64,000 nucleotides of DNA from Eledone cirrhosa. Its lineage: Eukaryota. The notes under the pieces are model-generated. The model made no database searches, was not told the DNA's origin, and saw only the letters and a list, made by a program, of their open reading frames with translations. A program made the position numbers and the translations under genes. Below, in pieces: positions 12,322 through 31,810 of the stretch (positions are counted from its first letter, which is position 1; every line of letters begins with the position of its first letter). The stretch lies in assembly GCA_964016885.1 (NCBI GenBank), contig OZ024742.1, positions 231,818,001-231,882,000 of the forward strand, in the 5' to 3' direction.

Positions 12322-13096
12322 ATGAATACGCCACATTTGCCCGCCTTTACCGGAAACCCTAAGCTGTGGTTCGCCCAGCTACAGGCGTATTTTACGGTCT
12401 GTAAGACCGAGTCTGATCAGCGCCTCGCTGTCTTGATTAGCGGACTTCCCCCTAATTTAGCAGATTCGGTCCAAGACCTAATTACAGACCCCCCTCTGAC
12501 TTAACGTATGAGTCTTTAAAAGGCGAGATCTTAAGAAGGACTGTAAGTCGGTAAAGAGTCGTTTTCGGTCATTGATCGAGGACGAACGACTAGGTGACAG
12601 GACCCCTACCGCTTTTCTCCGGCATTTGCGGGAATTGAGCGATTCCCGGGATCAGGATAGCCCTTTCCTGAAGCAATTGTTCTTCTCTCGCCTACCTCAA
12701 GAGGTACAGGCGATCCTAGCCCATATGCTAGAAGTAAACACACTCGACCACATTGCTGTCTCTGCTGACAAAATTGTAGAAGTGACGAAGAGAGACACTT
12801 CGAAGCAAAAGTACGTTGCTTCCTCTTGTCTTCCTCAATCCCGCTCATCAGCGAGTGATGAGAAGTTAGTCAAAACAATGGAAGCCATGACTCGTCAAAT
12901 GGCGGAGTTGTGCCAGGAATTCAGGTCTTTTGGACAGCAGAGGAGTCGCTCACGATCTTATTCAACTCCTCGCCACCGTAGCCTTTCCAAAACATCAAAA
13001 CCACCATATTGTTATTACCATGACAAATATGGTGACAAAGCCGCCCGTTGTAGGCCTCCTTGTGCTTACATGGGAAACGACGACCAGAGTCACTAA
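12322..13096 (+). pseudogene. gag: Gypsy gag (stop/frameshift near 12502-12560)
   Basis: LPAF...PKLWFAQL, LGDRTPTAFLRHL, C-terminal [18 protein letters not shown]. Confidence 0.85.
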
Positions 13097-16000
13097 CGGC
13101 GGATAGTGCGCTCTGCGAAACATCATCCAACCGCCACTTTTTCATTGAGGACCTGCTATCAGGTAGAGCCTTTCTGGTTGACACAGGTGCAGCTTGTTCA
13201 ATATGGCCTGTGTGTTGTATGAAGGAGACTCCCCCTGAGACACCTATTGAGTTGCAGGCAGTAAATTGTTCGCCGATTCGAACCTTCGGACAAATCTCGC
13301 AACCTTTGCAGTTCCGTAATCTGCGGCGCGAGTTTAAATGGATATTTACTGTCGCTGCCTTGCCGTATCCGATACTAGGCGCGGATTTTCTCCACCATTT
13401 TTCATTGACGGTGGACCTCCGTCGTAAACGCCTAATTGATGGCATCACTGGTTTAACTGTTGTTGGCAAGGCAGCAGGTGTTCCAACGGTTAGCCCGACC
13501 TTTTTTCTTGCTAACACCGGCGATACTTACCATGCGTTGTTGAACTCGTTCCCGCAACTGACTCAGGGAAATTTTCGAGTTGATGAACCAACTCATACCA
13601 CGGAGCACTTCATATCTACAACTGGTGCTCCCGTTTTCTCTCGTCCTCGTCGCTTGCCCCCGGACAAACTCAAAGCAGCACGATCAGAGTTTGATCATAT
13701 GCTGCAGTTGGGGATTATTCGTCCGTCCACGAGCCCGTGGGCGTCCCCATTACACATGGTACCGAAAGCGACTGGCGATTGGAGACCTACTGGAGATTAT
13801 CGACGCTTAAATTCGATAACGGAACCGGACCGTTATCCTATCCCTCATCTGCAAGACTTTGCGTCTTCGTTGCAGGGATGCAAGATATTCTCCAAACTGG
13901 ATTTAATTCGTGCGTACCATCAAATTCCTGTCCATAAAAATGACATTCCAAAAACAGCTATAGTTACGCCATTTGGGTCATTTGAGTTTTTGACCATGCC
14001 GTTCGGATTAAGGAATGCCGCTAGTACGTTTCAGCGGTTTATGGATGAGGTTACTTGTGGCCTCGATTTCGTCTATACCTATATTGACAACCTGCTCATT
14101 GCTAGTTCTACTCAGGAACAACATACGCACCATTTGAATCTTCTTTTCCGCCGATTGAAGGCGTATAACGTGCAGATTAATGCACCCAAATGTGTTTTTG
14201 ATGCTGAGTCACTGACTTTCTTGGGTCACGTCATCGATGCTGACGGTATTCGACCCCGGCCTGAGCGAGTTAAGGTCATAGAGGATTTGCCTCCACCGAC
14301 CTCACTACGTCAGTTACGCCAGTTCTTAGGTCTGATTAACTTTTATTGGCGTTTCGTGCCAAATTGTGCAAGATTGCTTTTCTCCCTGACAGATATTTTA
14401 AAAAATTGTCGGAAGAAGAATGCAGACATTTCTTTGACCGAGACTCAACTTGCTGATTTTCAGCACGCCAAAACTGCTTTGGCTAATGCCTCTTTACCGG
14501 CTCACCCGGTACCCGGTGCAAAGCTAACGCTTTGTGTTGATGCATCGGATATCGCTGTGGGCGCAGTGCTACAGCAAAACACCAATGGTTACCAGCAACC
14601 GCTGGAGTTCTTTTCCAGAAAGATGAAACCTGCTGAGACGCGCTAGAGCACCTTTGGAAGGGAGCTTTTAGCCATCTATTTGGCCGTGAAACATTTTTCA
14701 CATATGCTAGAGGGTAGACTGTTTACTATCCTCACTGACCATAAACCATTGACTTTTGCGTTGAGAGCGAAGGCTGATAAATACTCGCCCAGAGAGACGA
14801 GACACCTTGATTTCATCTCGCAATATACGAATGATATCCAACACATTCCGGGTTCACTAAATACAGCGACCGACGCTTTGTCCCGCTTACCCGTGACAGC
14901 GATCTCGTCCCCCTCTGACATAGATCTGACTCGTTTGGCTGCGGATCAGCCTCCCCTTGAGTCATTGGATGTTACATCGCCCGAGTTTGCGAATTGCGAG
15001 ATGAAATACTTGCCTCTGTCGACTGCAGTTGGCCAAATTCTCTGCGACATCTCTTTGGACGTGCCTAGGCCCTTCGTTCCAGAGAATCATCGTCGGACCG
15101 TGTTTCTGGCATTACATGGTTTCTCGCATCCAGGATCTTTTGCCACAGCAAAGCTCATATCAGCTAGATTTTTCTGGCTAAATATGAGGCGTGAAATTGC
15201 TGCTTGGTGCCGTTCCTGCGTCGCTTGCCAGAAATCAAAGGTCCATCGACACGTCAAGGCTCCCCTGGGTACCTTTACTAACCCAGATGCGCGTTTTCGC
15301 ACATTCATATTGATATAGTGGGACCTTGGCCTGTCAGCGATGGTTATTCTTATCTGCTGACCATAATTGACCGTTTTTCGAGATGGCCTGAAGCCATCCC
15401 CTTGAAAAACATCACCGCTGAGACAACAGCGCGTGCTCTTGTGTCTGGATGGATCTCTCGTTATGGAGTTCCATCCACAGTAACTACCGACCGTGGACGA
15501 GCCTTTTCCTCGAACTGTCAAAATTAATTGGTGCTAAACGCATCAGAACTACGGCGTACCATCCCTCTTCGAATGGTATGGTGGAGCGTTTTCACCGACA
15601 ACTGAAGGCCTTCTTAATGGCCTCAATGGACTCGGCGCATTGGAGCGAGTACCTCCCTATTGTGCTACTAGGGATTCGGTCAACGGTGAAGGTCGACTTT
15701 GGATTTTCACCGGCCGAAGTACTGTACGGTGCCCCTCTGACGTTGCCCGAGCAAATACTTGCCCCTATCGATCTTGATGCCCAAGATCACGCTTCCTACG
15801 TGTCCCGTTTGCGCTCCTATTTCCAGGATTTGCCGCCAATGGACACTGGGAAACAAACTGTCAAGACTGCTGTCCCGAGGGATGTTGCCTCGTGGACGCA
15901 TGTCTTTGTAAGGAAAGATTCTGTGAAGCCCCCGCTCACACAGCCTTACACTGGACCTTACCGTGTCTTAGCGCGCTCGGCTAAGCATTTCACTTTAGAT

Positions 16001-16135
16001 ATTAAAGGGTCCAGGGAGACAGTTAAAATAGACAGGCTTAAGCAGGCACACCTTGACACGGACGCTGTGGTTCCTGATCCACGAACCCCTTCGTATTTGC
16101 CTGTTGAGCGAACGCCTGTTCCTGAACCACCATAA
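13060..16135 (+). pseudogene. pol: Gypsy pol (protease, RT, RNase H, integrase), disrupted
   Basis: LVDTGA protease; RT YIDN (catalytic YxDD altered); RNase H DAS and TDHKPL; integrase HHCC, IDRFSRW, TDRG, NGMVERFHR, GPY. Breaks near 14646, 15300 and 15510. Confidence 0.93.
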
Positions 16136-16916
16136 TCGCCTGTCCCTACACCACCACCATCGCCACGTTACAAGACCACGACCCGTTCAGGTCGTAGGGT
16201 CCACTGGCCCAAAAAATTTTGCAGCACCGTCTATATTTAGACTATGTTAGCTGCACCTTTTTTTTTGGCCTCTGTGTTTCTGCTTTTTCTTTGCCTTATT
16301 TTTCATGCCTGTTGTGTTTTTTAACATTTTTCAAATCCTTATTCTGGATTTAATGATTGGTAGAGCGAATAGCTCCCCCTTGTTGCATTGTTTGCTATCT
16401 TACTCCACGTGTGAGTAATAACATCGATTTTCGATGATTTGAAAATCTGGCAGGGGATACTGTAGTAAGACGCCTTACGCCCCCTGGCGGATAATGGATC
16501 AGGCCTAGTTGTCTCCCCCTGGTGGAGAACACCGAGGTAACAAGCAGACAGCCACGGGAAAGCAGACGGCATACACGCCACAGAAAACAGCCCCTGATAA
16601 ACAGCCAAGGGAACAGCAAACAGCAAACCCCACAATACCTTTGTAATTGTAATACGGTCCCTTCACCACAACTGACCGCGTCTATATTTGGTATATTTCA
16701 TTTGTAATATAATAAACACATATAAACAAAATATACATCGCCATTATTTACATTTGTTGAATATATCTCTCGTTGTGGTTATTGTCTTGTTTACGCACAC
16801 ACCCACTCACTTTGTTATAATTCTCACTTACAAAGATGGTAAATAGACGAGGGACCTTCCCTCACGTCTATGTCGATAAACAATCCAACTAGGATACTTC
16901 ATTTTAACACATATAT

Positions 16917-22544
<5,628 letters not shown>

Positions 22545-22585
22545 GTAAACAGAAATAACTACACAATTGGTACAGTATATGGAAG

Positions 22586-22638
<53 letters not shown>

Positions 22639-22642
22639 TATA

Positions 22643-23645
22643 CTAGCAGAATGGCCCGGCGTTGCTCGGGATTTGCTCTAGGGTTCTTATATATCTGTAT
22701 ATATATAAAATTAAGTATGTGTGTGTGTGTCTGAGTGTCTGTGTATTACCTATAGGGACCTACAACTTACGACCGATTTTCATGAAACTTTACAGGCTCA
22801 TAGATTAGTCATCGGGGAGTGTTTCCTATATATCAGCGTATCGTTTTTTTTTTATTCTGGGGTCATTCTGCCGATAAAAATCGATAGAGGGTCACCATTT
22901 TTTAGGTATAGAAAAATAAAATGTTTGCCTCTACCTCCCCCCTCCCATATTTTGCTACCGATTTCATTCAAATTTTAAAGCAAATTAGAATTTATCATTG
23001 CACATCCTGCAATGGCTTTATATTTTGCATTTGTTGTTCAGGGACGGCGTGGCAGCCGCTTAAATATTCAAAAATACCACTTTAGACTCAAATTTTCACT
23101 TTTTCGGCTCTAGCTCCTACATTAATCAACCTACTTTGTTCAAATTTTACACTACGCTAGATCTGATTATTTCACGTATTAAAGTGGCTTTAATTTTTGG
23201 ATTTTTTGTTCAGGAACAGCATGGCAGCTGCTTAAATATTCGAAAAACCACCCTTTCGCTCAAATTTCCGCCTTTTCTGTAGAACTCTGGGGTCTGAAGT
23301 TAGCAGTAAATCCTTACATAGTTAGTTATAGATGTAATGCTCCGATGTTTCTCCTCGAGTGGGATGATAGCACAGGCTTAATATACCTGTCGCTCCCTGT
23401 CCCCCACTTTGAAGGGATAGTCAACACATCAACCTGTCTACACCAAAAAGGGTGTTGACCTAGAATTTAACCTTTAGCTATCACCCAAAGTTCAAGGCGC
23501 GGACAGATTTCGCTACATTAGTTCCCTACCCAGATCGATGCTGGAGCAGCGATCGATTATAGAAGGGGTAGCGGATTCCGATTCCTAGAAGCGTGTCCCA
23601 AAACACACAAAATGTGGGTACTTCGCCCGCATTTCGAGTGTAGTA
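22643..23645. mobile_element. Helitron/Helentron-like non-autonomous sequence
   Basis: Minus-strand Helitron-type end (CTAG at 22643 plus hairpin cccggcgttgctcggg); gaccgattttcatgaaact motif; internal degenerate ~175 bp tandem (22960-23280). Right boundary uncertain. Confidence 0.55.
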
Positions 23646-23867
23646 AAACGATCCAGTAAAATGAAGATATATATTAGTTTAACGACAACTTAGAAAAGAG
23701 CCTTAATGTTTTGGACGTTAGTGTTTCATCAGAAGATAAAATGCTGAGGAATAAAAGAAGACATATCATAGAAAGATAGATAAGAGTGAGAAAAGGAAGA
23801 AACAGAAGAAAGTTTTTGGAGAGAAACCACGTGTGTTCAGTTAACCATTTTGGGGAAGTGCTGGTCA

Positions 23868-23927
<60 letters not shown>

Positions 23928-24139
23928 GTGAGGTTTTTTTTTTTTTTTTTTTTTTTTTACAAAAATAACCGAGGTGTCCTACACGAGTGAAAGTATAAAG
24001 AAAAAGAGATGAAATCGAAAATGTAACTGGAGTCTTATTTTTAAAAAAAATATATATATATTTATTTGGTTCCTTTACCGGTTTCGCAGTTCTTCTGCTT
24101 TTCAAAAGGTGAGTTGAGATGGAGGGTCTGTGGTTTTTC

Positions 24140-24174
<35 letters not shown>

Positions 24175-24503
24175 TATAAAAAATGAGCGGAACAAGTAAA
24201 CATTAAACAATCTTTTAAATAAATTAAAATATGATTAAAATATTCACCTGTTCTAGTGCTGTGACCGACGGTTTCGCTTATCAAAAGATTGGAAATTCAG
24301 AGAATTTCCAATGGAAAGAATCAGCTCTTCAGACAGCTATTTCCAACTACAGGACACAAAAGCCTTGTAGTCGTAAACATATTGCTTTCTGCCCAATGTA
24401 TCATTCAGGCCGTTAAAGTGATCTACACATAAATAGGCCGTTAGGAAAAAGCGGGTATCATAGACTTGTTGAAATTTCATGTTACTAGAAATAGCAGCAC
24501 GAT

Positions 24504-24546
<43 letters not shown>

Positions 24547-24619
24547 TTAATATAGATGAGATTCTACAGGACTAAGAGTATAAAAGTTTTAATATAGATG
24601 AGATTCTACAGGAATAACG

Positions 24620-24654
<35 letters not shown>

Positions 24655-24899
24655 TCTGACCAGCACTTCCCCAAAATGGTTAACTGAACACACGTGGTTT
24701 CTCTCCAAAAACTTTCTTCCGTTTCTTCCTTTTCTCACTCTTATCTATCTTTCTATGATATGTCTTCTTTTATTCCTCATCATTTTATCTTCTGATGAAA
24801 CACTAACGTCCGAAACATTAAGGCTCTTTTCTAAGTTGTCGTTAAACTAATATATATCTTCATTTTACTGCATCGTTTATGCACAGTTTATGTCACTTG

Positions 24900-24905
<6 letters not shown>
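23646..24905. repeat. Inverted pLTR-like pair 23646-23870 / 24654-24878 with (TA)n and other inserts between
   Basis: ~225 bp reverse-complement match; contains CTGATGA...GAAAC at 24792-24816. Confidence 0.85.
24789..24823 (+). ncRNA. Minimal hammerhead motif (possibly degenerate)
   Basis: CUU-CUGAUGA-aacacuaacgucc-GAAA-cau-UA-AGG; weak stems II and III. Confidence 0.45.
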
Positions 24906-24944
<39 letters not shown>

Positions 24945-24951
<7 letters not shown>

Positions 24952-25060
24952 CAACAATGACATAAACTGTTTATGTCACTGTTGTAATTATTTATGCTAA
25001 ACTCGTCCTATGGACTGAGTGTTCTTACTCTTGGATATTTCTACCAAACATTTACTACAG
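24945..25060 (+). repeat. Short fold-back (24945-24991) plus ~70 bp PLE-like tail
   Basis: ataattacaacaatgacataaac-t-gtttatgtcactgttgtaattat; the tail is homologous to the reverse complement of 37520-37590. Confidence 0.7.
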
Positions 25061-25066
25061 TATATA

Positions 25067-25186
<120 letters not shown>

Positions 25187-25199
25187 GTTCAGAGTTATC

Positions 25200-26190
25200 T
25201 CTTCTAAGAATAGAACTAGATTTACACAGTTCGACATAGTAGACTCCCACTTCTCAATTTCTAAGCCACTATTAGTTAACGCTTTAGAGATCGCTCGTAG
25301 GTTTAACTAAATTTGTAATAAGGAAATTGAAATCATTATGCACAACAGCAAAACTCTGCTTTTTAATCGTGATGGCCACACACTAGATAAGATCCGCAAA
25401 AAATTTAATAGCAACTTTCTGTAACCTATGACTAAAGACCATAGTATATACAGATTCATACAAACTATTCCGCAAACCTAATGAAAAGCTTTAAAATATC
25501 AACATAGGTTCTTGCCTTCTCTCGTAGTATTTAAGAATCTAGTCCCTAACATTAGCCACAGGATTTCTAATCTATCATCTTCTAAGAAAATATTTGATAA
25601 GGCAACCCTCTACTACAACATGCCCCTCTTAGCGGCTTCCAAGATACGATACAATATACATCAAATACTTCCCCACAAAATATATCTAGCAATAAACCTA
25701 GGAAAATGATCTGGTTCACGTTCCCTTTCTCTGTAAATGTAAAAAACTAACATAGATCTTCAATTATTCATGTGGACCTTCCATGAAGTCAACGATAACA
25801 GCATGGCATACACTCAGAAAAGAACCAATATACTCTTGCATGATAAAGGACGAATGCCCTCTTCAACAGGCTTGTAACATTAAGTCCATAATATATGAAG
25901 CCGAAGTTGCACTTGAGAACACCAGCCAAGCATTGGTCAGTTTTGAATATGGGGTTATTGTACAAGACACTTTTAAGCAAAGGTTGAAAATTCTGAAATG
26001 AAAACAGCTACGGCCCTTATGAAGCACGTCAAGGATTGAAGAGAAGAGATATTCCTTATGTAATAAAATGGCGAATTCAAGAAAAGACCAGTCATACAAT
26101 AGTCGATCAAAGAAATGTGCACTTTGTACCAATAATAAATACAGAACATTCCAGAGCTAAAAATCTTCAAATGAGATTCTTGGGAACTAT
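25200..26190 (+). mobile_element. Degraded PLE fragment
   Basis: Thumb-like ISHRISNLSSSKKIFDKA and CxxxxECPLQQAC..KSIIYEAEV GIY-YIG lead-in. Confidence 0.7.
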
Positions 26191-26201
26191 TTTCTTACTT
26201 T

Positions 26202-27748
26202 TGTAGCGGTTGTCTCCCTTGTTATGAAATTTTCGCACAGACAGACTTTTTCTCTCACGCATCAACTAACTGTCGCATTTCACGATATATATATATATGT
26301 TTCTCGTTTCTTACAACGAACACTTTCAAAACAAAACAAAAAAGAAATTTGATATTTTTTTTTTTTAAACATTTCAACAGGAACATTTATTTTCGATGAA
26401 CCATTGCCCTTTTTTTTTCATCGTTTTCTTCATCGTTCAAGTTTTCTTGTTTTTTTTACCAAAGTTCACACCAATAATTATGCTGAGTGAAGCCTTTCTT
26501 TTTCATCATTGTCACTTTCACACTTGCACTATCATTTTCTCGCGCGTTAGAAATATTATTTTTTCAACCTAATTTAACCTTGTATTGGCACGTGTAGGCA
26601 GCACAAATTCTCGACTCACAGAGATAGCCGCACGCCAGGGATAACGTTTCTCGCCAAGGATTCTTCAGCCTTAAGCTATATTCTCCTATTTGCCGGTTTA
26701 AAAATTTACCACGTAAATTTGCCGTTGAAAACTGCGCATTTATTCAGAATGCTTATTTCTTTGGTCGCTGGCCTCTTGACCCTTCCAGGTCAACGCATTC
26801 TCAACATCGACCATCAACTTCGGCTGTTATTTCTAGCACTTTGCGCAACTCATTTTTTCTGAAAAATTTTTTTTTCTACTGTGAATTTAAACACCGAATA
26901 CGCTCACTCAGCGAGACATCAACAGCAACACAGCTTCACCAACAACCAAAACCAGCAGAACAAGCCAGAGAATTTATTTTTGCAGCACTCTTCCTGTGAG
27001 AAAATCTATTTGGAGGTTGGAAATTTCACGATATACCACAGAACAGAAACCACCTGCATTCATTCTCTGGAACACACTTTCTTTCCTGCTGTCATGTGAT
27101 TGCACACCTGTGAACTATATTTTGTACATTTGAACTTTGAGCCCTTCTCTTACTTTATTACATTGTATCTTTGGGTGATGGATAGATAGATGTCCAGTCG
27201 TTCTCTGGCCAAGAGCGGTTGGCTACCTTGATATCTATCATTGATTTTTGCAAACATTCTTTTGTCGTAATTGTCATGCCTGTTACAACATTCTCGCCAT
27301 TCTTGCTACATATTTCATGCGATTTTTATATTCTAAAATTCTGGCGGGAGGTTATGTAGCGGTTGTCTCCCTTGTTGTGACTCACAACCCCAATAGATTA
27401 ACATCTAGACGGGAAGTAGAACCCTTTCTGTAACTTCCGGCAGAGCCCTATAAAACGAATAGCTCTCGGCTCTCTCCCTCTCATTTGCCCTTCCGGCGCC
27501 TGACCTTCGCCAGGCGTCTCGCGTTTGCCTGGCAATCAAAACGGTAACTACTAACTTTGCTTCATTCTATCATCTATTACTTTGACATGTCAACTATACT
27601 GTTCTATATATATCCATGATTGTTAATTAAATATTATACACACAAACCATGTCTCCGTGTTACATTCATACAACCCAGTATCTTCGCTATACTTTCTTCC
27701 CTCTAAATATTGTCATACATACCCGTGAACAACGAGATACACACTACA
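26202..27748 (+). mobile_element. Internally deleted LTR element: 22 bp 5' LTR stub and a 3' LTR at ~27355-27748
   Basis: tgtagcggttgtctcccttgtt at both 26202 and 27355, the latter after purine tract ggcgggagg; TATA-like ctataaaa at ~27448; ends ...ctaca. Confidence 0.55.
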
Positions 27749-28247
27749 CTTACTACACACAACACATACCTTATCCAACTTATCTCCATCCTCCTTTTAT
27801 ACACACAATATATATTTCTAGGCATAGACAATTTTTTCCAGTAGACGAAACGGATAAGTATTTAATCCCCCGCCCCCTTCACCAATAAAAAAATGTCTCT
27901 TAAACATAAACTTTTTCATGAGATTTTTCATATTTCGCGAGTCTCTTCACCAAACTTCATTCAAATATTTGTAAATTGGGCGCCTAATGATAGGGTCCGA
28001 CTCACAGCGATTGCAATCATGCAATCGTATCAGACCATGAAGCCTAGAATTGCGTAATCACTTTCCTGTGAACTAATGACTATTAGCAAACTATACTTGA
28101 AGACGGCCGTTTCACAAAATGTATTTTCAACCCGTTCGGTGAATCGCGCGTCCTCGAGTATGGTTTGCTAATTTGGTGTGGAACTAACTCGATACCGGAC
28201 TCGTCTGTTGGACTGATTGCTACAGATATAACCCCCCGGTTTATTAC

Positions 28248-28319
<72 letters not shown>

Positions 28320-28341
28320 ATGTATGTACATATATATATAT

Positions 28342-28429
<88 letters not shown>

Positions 28430-28477
28430 CGTGCGCGCGCGCGCGTGTGCGCGTGTGCGCGTGCGTGCGTGCGTGTG

Positions 28478-29060
28478 TGTATGTCAAAAAACTATCCGGC
28501 TTTATTTTTTTTCACGTGGGAAATATTGACGTTAGTGAGACGTAAGTGTGTAGAATGCTACGGCATTACATTCATGCGTACGTGTGGTTTTTAGTGAGCT
28601 TGCTGGATGCGCCTGTCGCTGACAGGCAGCCAGCGTATGTGGTGCTGTGCTACTTACTCGTCGCATTTTTATTTTGATCGATTCTGCCAACAAGGATCCT
28701 GAGTTCCCGAATACCGCAAGAGATGGGGGTGTGGGTGCATGTGAACACCTGGAAACGAAATCTCAGTGGGAGTATCCAACGTCGTAAGGCCTCAAGAAAG
28801 CATGTCAGGGGCAGAGCAAAATCAAGGTAATGGATCACGAAATTGCACTTGAAAAACAAACAGTTACAAAGGAGTACTGTTAGGAAATCATTCAACGTCT
28901 CCATGATGCAATCCGGCACAAGAGTCCGCATCTGTGGTCCTCGTAAAACTGACAGCTACAAATGACAACGCCCTGGCTCATTCGTCCAAGGTTTTTTCCG
29001 TCATAGAAAGATATTTCGCTTATCCACAAGACTCCCTACTCTCTAAGCATAGCTCCTTCT
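28478..29060 (+). mobile_element. Mariner-family transposon remnant
   Basis: IRHKSPHLW, DNALAHS (cf. HDNAPAH), YSLSIAPS (cf. YSPDLAPSD); TIR-like gtatgtcaaaaaactatccgg. Confidence 0.65.
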
Positions 29061-29359
29061 AATTTGGTTGAGAGTCAAGAGGACATCATGCCGGTGCCTA
29101 CTTCGAAAAGGAATAGCAATTGAATCCCAAGTACGTTATTTTATCTCCCAGAATAAGGTCGGATGTATTTTCAATAGAACATGTAGTATATATAATTTCA
29201 AATGAATGACGCATTTCTGGTCCTGTGGAAGAAATTTTCATCTGAAATAAATATTATGTATATGTGTATCTTTATACATTACTTAAAGTGGTACGTATGT
29301 TTCACAGTCTCTTGTGGGAGAGAGGATCTAGTCATTAGGCAAGATAATAATTCTTTCTA

Positions 29360-29550
29360 ACATTGGCATAAGACCAGCAATTTGGGGAAAGGAAAAGTCG
29401 ATTATATCAACACCAGTACTGCTACTTTATCGACCTCGAAGGATGAAAGACAAACTTGAGTTGAACCTAGGACGCAGATGACTATTAGTAAATACCGCAA
29501 AGCAGTTTGTTCGATGTTCTGCCAATACTGTCAATCCACTCCGTTTAGGT
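29360..29550 (-). mobile_element. SINE S1 copy
   Basis: ctttatcgacctcgaaggatgaaagacaaa matches the S1 body in reverse. Confidence 0.6.
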
Positions 29551-30948
29551 AACATAATAATTATCATCATCACTGTGATCACAGTCGAACAGTTCCGTCA
29601 TGGTTTGTTTTTCAGTAGCTATTTTGAACAGGGGGCGCAACTCTGCCTGTAAACCTGTAATTCTCTGCTAAATAAAGCGTGTGTGTCTATCCATTGTCAA
29701 AAAAGATAATCATCGACACAACCACAATGTCCCTCGAGCCAATACAACAGTTTATCGATGTCTGCCACCTTGAATAACTGTATATCCACAGGTAATACAG
29801 GTTTATGAAGGTTGACTCCTTTTTATCGTATCCCGGGTGCGAGTGGCTGAACGGGTTCTTTGCCTTTCCAAAGATAATAACAGCTTATGAAAAAATAAAA
29901 GAAAACATGAGACTAAAAACAAACAAAAAGAGAATTCCAGTGAATTGTCTAGTCTGAGTTATTTCCCTTTTACACAACAGCCGACGAAATTTGATAGAGA
30001 TTTTTTTTTTGTCTTGTTTTGGAAAAAGAAATCTACTTGAATATTTATTAATGTGTTTATGTGCTTTTTTATCGTTGTGTGATGGTGTTTCGTTGGTATA
30101 TAAGTCAAATTGGATAGAAGTATGTAACTGTTTAAGAGGGGATGTGTGTTGGTGTTCAAGCAAGTTAAAGTATAAGTGGATGTATGTAATTTGTGGGTTT
30201 ATATAGTCGTGTTCATAATTATTATATGTTATAGGTTTGTGAATAGAAGCCTCCTATTAAAACACATTATGCGTTGTGTATGTATTTGGGTTTCATTCAT
30301 ATGCTGGATACGTGAGATGAAAATGAATTAGTGTATCTGTGCAAGAAGGAGTGTGTTGGTTGTTGGGGTACATTTTGAGGAATGGTTGCTGTTTTGTTGA
30401 GGTTTATTGTGCTTGTTTTATTGTGTACTGATTCGGGATGTATAAGAAGGGATTTTTTATTTTTCATTTTAGACCGTTTAAAACGAGATATTTGTTAGCG
30501 TGAGTGTTAATATTTGGTTGCTAATCATTTTATGTATGTGTACTGTAGGCGTCGAGTTTACGCGTTGTTGAGAGTTATCCCGGTGTGGGTGGGATCTTCC
30601 AATGTTTTAGAATAAATTTGTCTGCGTGAAAACACCTGTTGAAAAAATCCTTTCTGAAATTATGGCAATTGTTTAGGCTCTTTATTAGTCTAATATAGGC
30701 CACCTCACTGCTGTGTATAGGTGAGATACAGTAAATTATGACCACTTATAATAGTTTAAAATCAAACTAACGATAATGGGTAAGTAAAAATTAACTCGGC
30801 TTTTTTTAATTACCGAAACAAATAAGTTTCGTTTTAGTATGGATACTTCTGAATTTACTAAATAATGTTATATTTTTCGTAAAATACGAGCTTTTAAAAT
30901 TAAATCCTTTTTACACACACACACACAAACACACTCACATCCATATCC

Positions 30949-31051
<103 letters not shown>

Positions 31052-31379
31052 CGCGCGCGCGTGTGTGTGTGTGTGTTTTAAATAGAGGTTATGTCTCGGA
31101 AGCCGCTACAATGGAGGCGAGGTTGTAAATATTAAGGCAACAAAATCGGATGAAGAAAGAGAAAGGTGAGATTAAATAGCGAAGAGGAAGAAAAAACAAG
31201 AATAAGAAATAATGTAACATTGGAAATATTTATTAATCCCAATATATTTCAGTTACCATATATTATCAAGAGAATCTCGGATAATGTCAGAGAAGATCTT
31301 TCTGTGTACAGATGTGGGTACAAACAAATAAAAAGAGCAACCAACACATGATATGGAAATTAAATATATTCATCAACCA

Positions 31380-31810
31380 TTTGTTTATTTAATGTGAGTT
31401 TGACGAGCTAGCTTTAAATAGAAAGAGCACAAACACGGTGTGATTCAGAATAAAGACGTGTAGGAACCAATATACCAATAAGGCGTGATCATATCACAAT
31501 CACCTCAGTTAACTGCAAAGAAGATCTAATAGAGGTCTTCAAAGAGTTCGGTCTAAACATAACTGTTATCACCAACTTAACCAAATCAAAGTTGACTTCC
31601 TGGACACTACCTGAAACCCCGAGACAGATATAGAAAACCTAAAGAAGAAACCGTTTACGTCCATAACTCCCCACGCTAGTTATAGTTAGAAGTTTAGTAA
31701 CCGGAAGTAGTAGAGGAATTTCTATTTTATCGTCTTATAGAGATATCAACAAGGCTGCTGCATCCCATCCTATTACAATGAGGTATCAGAAAAGAGCGGC
31801 TTCAGCGGAT
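31380..31810 (+). mobile_element. Degraded PLE RT/thumb fragment
   Basis: KEDLIEVFKEFGLNITVITNL..VDFLD, YRKP, GISILSS motifs. Confidence 0.55.

Larger units (their letters stand above)
11208..16911 (+). mobile_element. Ty3/Gypsy LTR retrotransposon, near full length but inactivated
   Basis: LTRs 11208-11670 and 16461-16911 (TG...CA, about 9 substitutions plus a 12 bp indel by eye); PBS at 11672; PPT 16449-16460; inserted in (TA)n; gag-PR-RT-RH-IN order. Confidence 0.97.

Noticed and set aside
29880-30660. Possible minus-strand retroelement remnant
   Set aside because: Strand-biased composition only; no recognisable motif.
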